Part shown: piece by piece, positions 1 to 12,468 of the stretch | Position numbering within the stretch: the stretch's first letter is position 1 | Layout of the letters: every line of letters starts with the position of its first letter | Source: Octopus vulgaris | Lineage: Eukaryota | Assembly: GCA_951406725.2 (NCBI GenBank) | Contig: OX597834.1 | Span: forward strand, 11,656,001-11,720,000 | DNA length: 64,000 bases | Reading direction: 5' to 3' | Notes under the pieces: generated by a model | The model's input: only the letters and a program-made list of their open reading frames with translations | Told to the model about the DNA's origin: nothing | Database searches by the model: none | Program-made: the position numbers and the translations under genes

Positions 1-1420
1 TTCTTTGATATTCTGATAAAAAATAATCGTAACTGACTTTAATCATAAACCAACGGACTCGAAGTAACATCCCTTGTTTAGGTCACGCCAACCGAAATAC
101 ATCAAAAGAAATATTCTATTTAATTTAGCGAACAGTATTTGCACAACACTGTCTGATGGATATAATCGGGACATCCGTTGCAAGACCTCAGAACAACACT
201 AACTGAGAGACACTCTCCACCCTCACTTATAAATGATGGAATTACACGTGCTAAGAAAACAGTCATTAAAACTCCAAGGGAAACAAGACGAAACACCATA
301 CCCCTTCTCAAAATACTACTATATATATTAACTAACAACCCTAAAATCATTGAGGCATACAGCACTATTATCAGTAGGGATCCACAAATGAACAACATTC
401 TGAAGACAAATTCATTAATGTAAAGATTTGCTGAAAAGACTTCTGACAAATGCGAAGCATTATAGAACAACCACGAAACCATAGGCTAAAAATACGGAAT
501 CCAAATTGAGGAATTTTCTCTAACCTACTGGAAGTCTCTGTATTCTAGTTCAAACAAGGAGAGATGTTGTCAATTGTGATCAACTTCACTTCTGCAGCTG
601 AGAATTTAATTTATGTAATATCTTGTTCAGATTGTGGACATAATAATATAGGGCAGACAAGCATGGCATTTTGATGGAGAACGACACTACATAAGGAAGA
701 GAACCCTTTCCCTAAGTATAGACAGATACCTTTGAGTGAACACACAAACAAATGTGCAGAGAACATCCAAGCAAATTTCACAGTTTTCCCCCATCTCCCA
801 GTACAAAGAAGCAATTTCTGTACAAGAATGTTTAAATAAAGAAAATTTGGTTATCGAAAAAGACAAAAAATGCCTAAATATGAACACATATCTAACTTTG
901 GTCTTAGTATATATTTCAATTCATGATCACATATACCTCACTGTACATATTTCATCTCACTATTTTAGCGTTTGAGTTTTTGTATATATATTTAACCCAA
1001 CCCCAAAATGACCAAATTTTGTATATCAAAATCTAAGACTATAGATCAGTGTCTTTTAGGGAAAGGCATGAGAGAGTTGACAGATTCATAGAGGCTATAG
1101 TTATAAAACTTGTCAAGATTATTTTGAAGTAGCATAAAGTAACTGGCTATAATGAGGTCTAGTAAAGGAAGATCATTAAATTAAGATGTTAATTAGCAGT
1201 TAAAGGGACTGAGGATAGCTCTGCATTTAAATTGATGTAATGATTGCAGCGTTCCTTTAAATGGAGCCGCTTGAAACGGTCGTACTACATGATATCTGGA
1301 TATTCAGCTGCGTATTTTGATTTTATACACCTTATTTTGAAATTGTACGGATAATAACGCACTAAGTTTTCGTGCCTCAACTTAGGTACCTAATTCATCT
1401 GAATCTCAATTACTTTGCTT
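1..1420 (+). mobile_element. Decayed Penelope-like retroelement, 3' part (RT C-terminus, GIY-YIG endonuclease, pLTR)
   Basis: Manual translation gives FFDILIK..IVTDFNHKPTDSK*HPLFRSRQPKYIKRNILFNLANSICT (PLE RT thumb motif) and, from about 585, FTSAAENLIYVISCSDCGHNNIGQT (GIY-YIG). Stops and frameshifts are present. A hammerhead-like core follows at 1209-1281. Confidence 0.85.
1205..1285 (+). ncRNA. Degenerate hammerhead-like motif in PLE pLTR
   Basis: CTGAGGA (1209-1215), a long imperfect stem II (gctc..catttaa / ttaaatg..gagc), then GAAA-cgg-TC (1273-1281). Stem I pairs poorly. Confidence 0.4.
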
Positions 1421-1489
1421 AGATAGACTGACAGACAGACATACATATAGACTGACAGACAGACAGACACACACACACACACACTCATA

Positions 1490-1721
1490 TATTTCTTTAC
1501 TACCCACAAGGGTCTAAACACAGAGGGGACAAACAGGACAGACAAACGGATTAAGTCAATTACATCGACCCCAGTGCGTAACTGGTACTTAATTTATCGA
1601 CCCCGAAAGGATAAATGGCAAAGTCGACCTCGGCGGAATTTGAACCCAGAACGTAACGGCAGACGAAATACGGCTACGCATTTCGCCCGGCGCGGTAACG
1701 TTTCTGCCAGTTCGTCGCCTT
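1490..1721 (-). mobile_element. tRNA-derived SINE family A, full length
   Basis: Reverse complement of the 5057-5289 copy, with A-box-like GAACTGGCAGAAACG and B-box GGTTCAAATTCC. Confidence 0.9.
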
Positions 1722-2281
1722 ACACTCACACACATATAATTGATGAGCCAGTAGAGAGCTCAGGTCAAACTGTGAGAGCATTATCCTCTTATTGATTCTA
1801 CGCTGGAGTATTGGATTGCTATTGTGCGAACGTTTGTATTAAAACAACCAAATAACCAATATTTGTTACACTGCTTATTGGCTTATTGTCATTCGGTTAT
1901 ATTTGGTACTGTGATATTGTTACATACACACACACACATTCATACTATTAAAAATTACAGAAAAAGCTTCGACCTCAAGGTTTGAATTTAAAGTTGAAAC
2001 AACTTTTCTATCTTGATGATTTTCCATTCACATTCATGTGAAAGTACATCGAATATGGTCGATGCAGCTAGTGAGTAATTTCTATAGACAATAGTAAGAG
2101 AGGCAATATAACGGAATGTATTGACTTTAGTATGGCCTGTGGAATTTGCGGAATCAGATCTATCAAGAGAACTAATATCAGAAGGAAATACGTTGTGTTT
2201 CCAGTACAACAATTAATCCTGTGCCTGTCTGAGTAAATATATATTAACGAACGCGCGCACGCGCACACACACACACACACA

Positions 2282-2475
2282 AAAATTAAGAGGAATAACC
2301 ACGAAGTTGGACTCCTAATATGCTAAAGATAGGCTTCATATTAAGAGTCCATCTTGGCGATCATTCCTCTTAATTTTGTATGTAATATAATTTTTGATCT
2401 TCGGATTTTTAAAAATATGCTAACCCGCTGATTTTAATTGATTAATATCAATTTCTGCCCTTATTATTTAATTCA
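2282..2475. repeat. Asymmetric fold-back (about 41-bp inverted repeat plus tail), probably a PLE end
   Basis: 2282-2322 is an imperfect reverse complement of 2337-2377 with a 14-nt spacer. Flanked by (CA)n and (TA)n. Confidence 0.7.
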
Positions 2476-2933
2476 TAGATATATATATATATAGATAAAT
2501 AGAAAGATAGATGTATAGGCTGATAGGTAGACAGACAGATGGATGGACGGGGCAGAAGGACAGATAGATAGATAGATAGATAAAAAAAGTGGGAGATGGA
2601 CAAGCAAAGCATTTGGTGTCACTGGAGAATATTTACAGTAAAAAGTAAGAATAAAGTAGAAACTAAGCATAGAACTCTCATGACAGGTGAGTAAAGTCTC
2701 TTATAGGGGTTCCTGGAATACCTAGGCAAGTAGATCATGCTAATGTGTAACGAATTCACATAATCCAAGTATTTTGTCATCAGAAAGACGAGGTAAAGCT
2801 ATTTAGATCTTTAATTGAGGAATTCCCTTTGCACTTCAAGCCGAAGATTTAGTGGTAAACCGATCTAAGCACTCATTGTACATACCTATTCATATATGTC
2901 AATAGAAGTATACGGCTTAGATTTCTTCTCTCC

Positions 2934-2936
<3 letters not shown>

Positions 2937-3002
<66 letters not shown>

Positions 3003-3008
3003 TGTGTA
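2937..3008. repeat. (TG)n microsatellite
   Basis: Read directly. Confidence 0.98.
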
Positions 3009-3061
3009 TCTGAATGAGTGGGTGGTGTTTGTGTGGGGGTTGTATGTTCATAAATCTTACT

Positions 3062-3933
3062 GCGATTCATCTGGCTTATATCATAAGCAATGCTTCCTGG
3101 GGTGGGTTGAGGGGTCGTTGAATACTTTGGGTCTTTTAATAATCATACAATCTTCCCCACACGGTTCAACAAGCGTTGATCAAATTCCAAAGTGTGTCCC
3201 GTTCGAGCTATTCCAGATAGCACTGATCTTCCAATGGCTCACGCCTTCTAATCCACTACAACATCAAGGTAACATTTTCTGCTTTCGGAATCAGCGCCAT
3301 GGTATATCACATACCGATCCGTGTTATATCCAGCATGACGTATGCCCTGAAGAGTGAATTGACCTGTAAATTACATGCATTCCACATCATTCGAGGAAAA
3401 CTCTGCTTGGCACACATTGTTTTGATATATTTCCACCAGCTCTACAAATTTGAGCGCTGTCATCTCATGTACTCCTCAGTAGATTCCTTCCTTGGAATGG
3501 AGACTTCTACGTGAACCACCCACTCGGATACTTCCGCAATCTCTACGTTTACTCGGTTTAGCGACGTAACATTATCGCTTCTGTAACCTTGGGCTGCTTT
3601 CGCAAGCCGACTTTCAGGTACTAGATTTGTGCTATTAAAGAGGAGAAGCTGGCATCTGCTTCACACTGGCAACTGCTTCACGATTCTTTTTCCTTTCAGC
3701 GGAGACGCTTTTGGTGACTGTTTCAAATGTGTATAACCTGCTTTAAACATTCAGGACATGGTAATAACTCCAGCAGCAATGACAGCACATGGCTTTGCAG
3801 ATCTGTTGCTGATGTATTACAAAATCCCTTTCCTCGGGCACAGAGTGCAGTCTCTGTACTCATTCCTTTATCAGCAGAAAATGTTGGATAGGCTTTTTAG
3901 GACATCGTAAACTTCCTGAAACAGCAATTTGAT
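3062..3933 (-). mobile_element. Decayed HERO-like (R2-group, restriction-like endonuclease) non-LTR retrotransposon, 3' fragment
   Basis: Minus-strand translation with frameshifts: IKLLFQEVYDVLKSLSN..CTLCPRKGIL (zinc knuckle), YLKVGLRKQPK, VTSLNR..VVHVEVSIP..EE, HE..LKFVELVE..DVECM*FTGQ/SLFRAYVMLDIT. These blocks are colinear with the HERO C-terminus as I recall it, and are followed by a 3' UTR. Confidence 0.75.
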
Positions 3934-4009
3934 CAGTAGTATAATCTTTGAAAATAGTACTACGAATACGGAATACCCCTCTCACCCTCTCACTTATTCT
4001 CTTTCATTG

Positions 4010-4046
<37 letters not shown>

Positions 4047-4176
4047 TCAACGTATATATATATATATATATACACATACATGTGTCGATGTGTATGCAGA
4101 TGTGAGTGTGTTTATAACTGGAATAAATTATAAATAATGCAATTTAAATGATAAATACGAAATAGATTATGCAGCT

Positions 4177-4209
<33 letters not shown>

Positions 4210-5056
4210 ATATATATCGCATACATGCACAATTAATAAATGAGGTTTTAACAAATATAAGTAAGTTAATAAACGTCATGACAATGAAATTATTGAACCT
4301 GATATTATATATGTAAATATCATTCTATTTTACTGAACATCACGATTAGAATTATATTATGAAAAATAAATAAATATAACATTAAAGAATGGTTATATAA
4401 TAGCAATGCTGAAGAATATGATGATTCGAAAATACATTAGAAAGGCGTAGATCTCTCATACGTTGAAGCAAATAAAAGCACTCTGCTTTTGTTATCTCAA
4501 ATAATATAGATATAACATAAAAGTCAGGCTTTCAACAGTTCAACAAAATAATGACAATTTTATAATCTAAAATCTAACTATTTCAATGATGGCATCTCCC
4601 CCACCACCACCACCACCACCACAGTGAGCTAAGAAGTTAGATGGTGTATTGTTGGAGATATTCAAATCATTTTAAATATCATTGCGCCTTTATAATACTC
4701 TCTCTGTCTCCATCTCTTGTTCTTTCTCTGCCTCCCCTCTTCCTCTGCCTCCCCTCTTCCTCTCCCTTTCTGTTGTAGACGAATAATACTTATATGGATT
4801 TATGATATATCTAAATAAGGATTAGTTAGACTACCGTTTCTATTTTTCTTGTCTTTTTTATAGACTATTTAATTTCTATTTAACAATTTATCTGATAAAA
4901 CCATATTATGTAGGTTGAATTCATTTTTTTTTTTAATAACGAAATACGTACTCCGAACACTAAATATCAGCTATTATTTTTATCATGGATTTCTATAACG
5001 TATATTCTTATTCCATTCTGTAACATATTCTTATTCTGTAACGTATATTCTTATTC

Positions 5057-5289
5057 AAGGCAGCGAGCTGGCCGAATCGTTAGCGCGCCGGGCAATATGC
5101 GTAGCCGTATTTCGTCTGTCGTTACGTTCTAAGTTCAAATTCCGCCGAGGTCGACTTTGCCTTTCATCCTTTCGGGGTCGATAAATTAAGTACCAGTTTC
5201 GCACTGGGGTCGATGTAATTGACTTAATCCATTTTTCTGTCCTTGTTTGTCCCCTCTATGTGTAGCCCCCTGTGGGTAGTAAAGAAATA
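5057..5289 (+). mobile_element. SINE family A, full length, 13-bp TSD
   Basis: tRNA-like head. TSD TATATTCTTATTC at 5044-5056 and 5290-5302. Confidence 0.93.
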
Positions 5290-5689
5290 TATATTCTTAT
5301 TCCATTTCGGAATTTATACGCCCGGTTATAGCTGTCGATATAAGATCGATCTCATCGTATAATGCTTATGTGCGAACTGTAAATATATGAAGGATTTCCA
5401 GATAATCTCAAGCTAGGTATTGTAATAGCAATAACGATGTTTCACTTTATTTCTTACTTCCGTTCGTATTATATATTAATCATGAACGGTGAATATATAG
5501 TTGAATATATAATTCTGACCAGGAATGGCAGAGTTGATAAAAGAGGCGATAAGTTAACGGAGATACAGTTGTTCGTATTCTCTGGTGACATTATGGTCAT
5601 GACAACCACGACATAAAAATGTCCATAATTGTAACATTCTGAAAAAGTAAGTTGACGAAATATACGTTAACTATTCCAATGTTTCGTTT

Positions 5690-5851
5690 GCAGGAGTGGC
5701 TGTGTGGTAAGTAGATTGTTTACCAACCACATGGTTCCGGGTTCAGTCCCACTGCGTGGCACCTTGGGCAAGTGTCTTCTACTATAGCCTCGGGCCGACC
5801 AATGCCTTGTGAGTGGATTTGGTGGACGGAAACTGAAAGAAGCCCGTCGAA

Positions 5852-5891
<40 letters not shown>

Positions 5892-6037
5892 TGTTTGTGT
5901 GTCTGTGTTTGTCCCCCTAGCGATTGCTTATGACAACCGATGCTAACCATACCACATGGTTCCATTCAGTCCCATCTTAATGTCTTCGCTTCAGCCCCGG
6001 GCCGATTCCTTTGATATTTGGTATATAAACTGATGTC

Positions 6038-6095
<58 letters not shown>

Positions 6096-6300
6096 TTGTG
6101 TGTCTGTGTTTGTCCCCCTAGCATTGCTTGACAACCGATGCTGGTGTGTTTATGTCCCCGTTACTTAGCGGTTCGGCAAAAGAAACCGATAGAATAATTA
6201 CTGGGCTTACAAAAGAATAAGTCCCGGGGTCGAGTTGCACGATTAAAGGTGGTGCTCCAGCATGGCCGCAGTCAAATGACTGAAACGAGTAAAAGAGTAA
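5690..6300 (+). mobile_element. Two joined SINE family B copies (CORE-like body, internal TA/TG tract)
   Basis: 5690-5943 is a 3'-truncated copy. 5941-6300 is a second copy with a deletion-riddled 5' half and an intact 3' half. Confidence 0.88.
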
Positions 6301-6560
6301 TATATTGCTCTGATAGAACAGAAACATATTAGCTGGTACGCGGCCGTATTTCAAGACAAGATCTACGATGGTTTAATATATCCAATATACCTCTGCGTAT
6401 CTCTAGCACTAGGCTGCACACTCCGATACGCATTTACGAATCTTAGACCTGGTATTGCCTTCACTTCATTCAGTGTTCATAATTTCGTATTGAGCAAAAC
6501 GGATTCAACCAAAATGGACTGTCAGTGCTTATCAGTTACTATTTATATTTTCATACTGTG

Positions 6561-6885
6561 TATCACCCCTATATGAGCAATAGAAGAATAAGCAATTAAT
6601 CTTTTTATATCTCTCTAACCAACACAAATAATAGAAGTTAATAAACCCCACACACACAAACAAATAACAAGCAACATTACTATATAACCCCCACCTAAAA
6701 ACTCAAACCTATAAATCGTATAATCCCATAACTTCCTAATTTCAACAATACACTAGCCAAAATTATAGACCCAGAAATAGGGGCCTCTACATGGGCTTTA
6801 GGCAATCACAAATGAAAAAAATTAATTGGTAAGTTTACTAAAAAAGCTAATAACACACCAATAACTCAATATAATCTTATATTTC
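6561..6885 (-). pseudogene. nad4: NUMT: fragment of mitochondrial NADH dehydrogenase subunit 4
   Basis: In the invertebrate mitochondrial code it reads [54 protein letters not shown], then after a frameshift GLLTSIICVG*SDMKSLIAYSSIAHMG. Both signature ND4 motifs are present, with a frameshift and an in-frame TAG. Confidence 0.95.
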
Positions 6886-6924
6886 CATGAAGTGTTTGGA
6901 AAAATGGAGCGACATCCAACAGAT

Positions 6925-7860
6925 ACCTCTGTCTGTTTTTGGTCTATGTTTACCTTGTTTTAGTAGATGTAGTGCTTTTAGAAATTCTCTGCGTTGATGT
7001 GGAGTTGTATGTTTTGTATGTGTGTCTCAATATTAAGAGGTGAATTTCATGAAGATATATTTGGAGAGCGCCGAATGTTGCTCCCCTACAGATTTAGGCA
7101 GTCATTTAATTTTTAGCTTGTTAATCTGGTTCTGTAATCTTCCTACATATGTGCGGTCGATGTACAAAGTGTGATGATTCGTAATACAATGTTTTGGGTA
7201 TACTGTAGTTTAGTGTCGTTAGTTAGCGAGAGGTTAGGGATTTGTGACGTGTTGGCAAATTCAATGATAAATATGATAAATCTGTACCGGAGAACCCCTT
7301 CGGTCATGACACACCGTGAGATTGCACCTAGAAAGTTACCCCCCGAGGCACAAGTCCGGGCAAGGTTGTTTATGGAAGACCAGCAGTCGTTCTGTATCTG
7401 TATAGATTGGGTTTTTTCTGTGTCTAAACGAGATATATCAGTGTGCTTTAAGTAAGTATAAAACTTAGATAAAATTTCGATATGATTCGACCAAAGATTG
7501 GTCCAGGCCGTGTCTAACTTAATAGCACCGCCTGATGTCAGCATTTTAATATATTTTTCAAATATGTCTTCTTCGTATGTTATACATATTGTAAAGGTAT
7601 TCCATGGCAAACTATCTGCGCATTTATTTTTTCTCTCTCGTTCTCTCTCTACGTCTGTCCGTAGTATTTATATTTTTTGTGTGCAACGGCTGATTAGACT
7701 TGCAGTTAATTTCTCTAACTGGAAAAACAGGTGATGCCAGTGACAAGGCGTGGAAACTTAAGTTCTTTATTTCCAACTCAGGTTTCTGTATTCTAAGTAG
7801 AATATTGAGTTAGTTTTGCAGCGGCGTCTGGGGACTGTAATACGAATTTGACGTGATTTC
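6925..7860 (-). mobile_element. Decayed Penelope-like element, N-terminal region
   Basis: Contains IPNLSLTND..VLR (resembles the PLE NLS..LT..L.KGL motif) and EFLKALHLLKQGKHRPKTDRG (resembles KAL..LK...IKPADKG). Many stops; interrupted by a SINE fragment. Confidence 0.55.
7295..7389 (-). mobile_element. 5'-truncated SINE tail, same tail as 36322-36652
   Basis: Close match to 36322-36419. Confidence 0.85.
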
Positions 7861-8099
7861 ATCAACTCATGTCAATATATTTCCTTTGATGAGTGAATAA
7901 GATTACGAAATCTCATAATACACCATTCAGAAAAATACAAATTCTGTATGTTTTCGTGTACACTGTATAGTGTTTGCAAAGATATACGGAGTTTGACCGT
8001 CAGCATGTTTGGTTGTTTCTTAATAAGTTATTCGCTATTCTGTTCGTGAATAAGTACCAGGCAGCGGAGCAGAAAATGTTGAGAGAGATAGAGAGATTG

Positions 8100-8104
8100 G
8101 CTGG

Positions 8105-8137
<33 letters not shown>

Positions 8138-8400
8138 AGATATATAGATAGATGTATAGATATATAGATAGATGTATAGATAGATAGCTGTATAGATAGA
8201 TAAATAGCTGTATAGATAGATAGATGTATAGATAGATAGATAGATAGATAGATGTATATATATATATAGATAGATAGATAGATGTATATATATATATAGA
8301 TAGATAGATAGATGTATATATATATATAGATAGATAGATAGATGTATATATATATATCGATAGAAAGATAGATAGATGTATATATATATAGATAGATAGA
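8100..8400. repeat. (GATT)n/(GATA)n compound microsatellite with a 30-bp higher-order unit
   Basis: GATGTATATATATATATAGATAGATAGATA repeats with period 30 from 8251 to about 8370. Confidence 0.95.
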
Positions 8401-9199
8401 TTTGTATTCAATCCGCAATGTGCCTTCAGTGCTGGGATTATGATATGTATGATTGTTGTATATAGTGATGTGAATATGTTTTAATTTGTCCAGAGCCATA
8501 TGTTGATTTGTCAAATGACATCAATGATGAACCTTTTCTGAAATTGTTGAAGGTCGCTACAAATAAGGTGACGGAATGACATAAGAAATAAATGTGTGAT
8601 GAAGTTCATTCGCTCTTTTAAGATCTTTAGAAATTGATATAATTATCACTGAGTTTTTCAGAGTCTGCACTAACAGGAATAATTATAAACAGTGGAAAGT
8701 ACAGTGATTTCTTCAGAATAAAGTTAAAGGCGATATAATGACATGCTATAAAAGAAATTAAGAACCGATCGATCTGGATCTGGTGGACAATGAAAAGATT
8801 AACTTTCAACTTCTTTTCTTCGTTCAGTTAAATAACGTTAGCGATGTTGTTAATCACTTAAGTCTCTGCAGTCAAATCTCACGTAATTTGGACACTTATT
8901 GTACATGCACAAGCAAAACTTTCCTATGATTAAACTGTAATAAATATTGATGCATTCACTAGATTCGCCTCCGGTAGGATACGTGTTGCTAACGAATGGA
9001 CATCAATCATAATCACCATAAAATAAGATAATTAGCTGACAGAGGAAAGTTCGATAATAGATGAATCTAGGTAATTAGATATATTGAAGTTAGCAATGAC
9101 ATGTAAAGTGAATCCACTGACTTAATCACGAAAAACACCATTAAAATATCGAAAGCTTGCTTGTATCACCATGAAGATGTTTATGAATGATAATACAAT

Positions 9200-9719
<520 letters not shown>

Positions 9720-10279
9720 TTATCAAGGTGACAAGTAAAATAACAGCCATATTACAGCGTTCAAATGATATAAACGAAACGTGTCGTTGAGGGAACCGAT
9801 ATCCCACTGCATAGTCTGCGAGAACGCTCATCTAATTTTATTCCAAATCACACCTCAAAATGTAGTAGGTTTCATTTCATCAGGAAGTTCAAGATGCGAT
9901 ATATTTTGAGATAAAATGCGTTAAAAACGGATTGAAAGTATATGGTAAATACATCCGGTCGATCAACAATGAATTATACTCTAAGCAATAATGACGATGG
10001 CGTCATCGAACGCAGTATCAACAAGAACAGTAACTACAACAATGGCAATGAATTGTGAAAGCTACACCGCACGGCAAACATATTGAGAATGTTAAACTGC
10101 ACCAAAAAAAAACACTTGAGTTTAATGTAATATTGTACCTTCTATCCAAACGTAGCAATTGTAAAAGGTTAACTAGAAAGGGCAACAATATTTTCCTTCT
10201 GTAAATTTTAAGAGATTTCAAAACAATATTTGAAGCATGATGCTTTAAATTTCACGGAACAAAAGAGCTGCATACACCA

Positions 10280-10325
<46 letters not shown>

Positions 10326-10738
10326 CAGGCTAAAACTTACGTTTTAAGCCGCGAAATTCTCAAGTTTAGTTTCCTTAATAACATGTGACTCAATGTTGGA
10401 GTCTCAGCTTCGAAATAATTGTCTTTAAGACGATATTGGCAAACTATTACATATATGAAAGTGGCATTGACTGAGCGTGGCTGCCATATTTTGGTTATGG
10501 AGTTTGTGAATCTGGTCAACAAGAAGATAGTTGACAACAGAATATGAGCAACATACAACATTGCACATAATATATGTGCAATGTAACGTAGACAAGAGAG
10601 TAAATAACTATATAACATGAAATATAAAGCTAGATGCATAGCACACACCGTCCTTTCTGTACGTTCTTACAATTTTAAACATTATCTGTTTCTGCCTTTC
10701 TCTGACTCCATTTATATGTGTGTATGTTTGTGTGCGTG

Positions 10739-10777
<39 letters not shown>

Positions 10778-10795
10778 AATTATACATGTATGTGT

Positions 10796-11030
10796 GTATG
10801 GATCAAACGAGTGATTGAAATTCGTTGATACTCTTGAGTTTGAAGTGTGATGCTTGTCGTCAGCCATTATGAATTTGAAACAAATTAAAATTCAAAATGG
10901 CTGACGAGTAACATCAAGCTTGAACCTCAAGAGTACCAACGAATTTGAATCAAACTGTTTTGATCCATACATGTAACTCCCATTAAATTGGCTCACTGTC
11001 CTTGTTCTGTTTGTCGTCACACACGTATCT
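10796..11030. repeat. Asymmetric fold-back (about 80-bp imperfect inverted repeat plus tail)
   Basis: About 10796-10877 versus 10888-10970. The right arm contains CTGACGA. Flanked by microsatellites. Confidence 0.75.
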
Positions 11031-11052
11031 ATCTATCTATCTAGCTATATAT

Positions 11053-11272
11053 ATATACTGTGTCTGGGGAGAGTCAAGACTATTGAAAAGCTTGCAAGAC
11101 GCAACGAAAATTTTAGAAAATAAAAATAAGAAATAAGTGGAAATTTTACCAGTGAGTGTGTTAAATAATAAGGCACTAAAAGAGAATGACTCTCCCCAGA
11201 CACAACAGTATATGCTTCAACACACGAACTCATATAAAGAATCTTGCAAACCAAATCCCAAAACGAAATATA
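11053..11272. repeat. Asymmetric fold-back (about 25-bp inverted repeat, about 110-nt spacer, tail)
   Basis: ATATACTGTGTCTGGGGAGAGTCA (11053-11076) versus TGACTCTCCCCAGACACAACAGTATAT (11187-11213), in (TA)n. Confidence 0.65.
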
Positions 11273-11277
11273 TATAT

Positions 11278-11477
11278 CATCATCATCATCGTTTAACGTC
11301 CGTTTTCCGCGCTAGAACGGGTTGGACGGTTTCGACCGGGGTCTGGGGAGCTAGGGACTGCCCCAGGCTCCAGTCTGGTCTGGCAGTGTTTCTACAGCTG
11401 GATGCCCTTCCTAACGCCAACCACTCCGCGAGTGTAGTGGGTGCTTTTTACGTGCCACCTGCACAGGTGCCAGAGGG

Positions 11478-11480
<3 letters not shown>
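11278..11480 (-). mobile_element. 5'-truncated SINE-like element (family E) with (TGA)n tail
   Basis: GC-rich island with GGTTGGCGTTAGGAAGGGCATCCAGC and a GACGTTAAACGATGATGATG end typical of RTE-mobilised elements. Confidence 0.7.
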
Positions 11481-11521
<41 letters not shown>

Positions 11522-11994
11522 TATAATTTAGGCAGCAGTAAGTCATGTGTACCATCTCTATATGCACCCCTTAGCTTTTAAGCCTATACTTCGGTGATTC
11601 TTCAAAAGATAAAACGACTAAAAATGTGACAGATGAAATACACTTGCATATTTCAGTGTTCGTAATATTTCTAAGCTTCGAAGCACGCACATTATTCCCT
11701 CCTTTGTCATTTCATCCCATTACATTCCAGTAGATTTGTTTCATACAAAAGACATGCTCTGCAAGCACACCATTCGTAGACCTTATAGAGGCCGTCTTCT
11801 TTATTCCATCATCTCGTTCTTCTGTTCTTTACAAATCTAACAATTCGAAATATTGTTTCCTTTTTCCTGTGATTTCGTTCAAAGTGATATTTATATTTTT
11901 CATATTATATTCTATTTTATACATTTCTGTCACCGTCATGCTGTGTTTAAAATTAAAGGAATGCCTGCTGAAAGTTTGATTGGATCGTGAGACA

Positions 11995-12344
11995 TTGTGT
12001 GTATGTGGGTGTTTGCATCATATATATGTATATATATATATATATACGTATAGTTATATATATATACGTATATATAGTTATATATATATACGTATATATA
12101 GTTATATGTATATATATTTATGTGTATATATATGTGTATATATATGTGTGTATATATATGTGTGTGTATACATATGTGTGTGTATACATATATGTATGTA
12201 TATTCATATGCATATATATATGCATGTACATACATATATGTATGTATAAATATACGTATATATATTTATATGCATATATTTATATATATATGTATGTGCA
12301 TACATATATGTATGTATACATATACGTATATATATATTTATATT

Positions 12345-12413
<69 letters not shown>

Positions 12414-12436
12414 GTGTGTGTATATATATATATATA

Positions 12437-12468
<32 letters not shown>

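Noticed and set aside
3347-3410. CTGAAGA...GAAA hammerhead-like spacing on the plus strand
   Set aside because: It is antisense within HERO coding relic sequence and lacks stem I, stem III and a cleavage triplet.
7143-7610. 155-aa ORF as a host gene exon
   Set aside because: It reads through an inserted SINE fragment and is flanked by stop-ridden PLE-like sequence.
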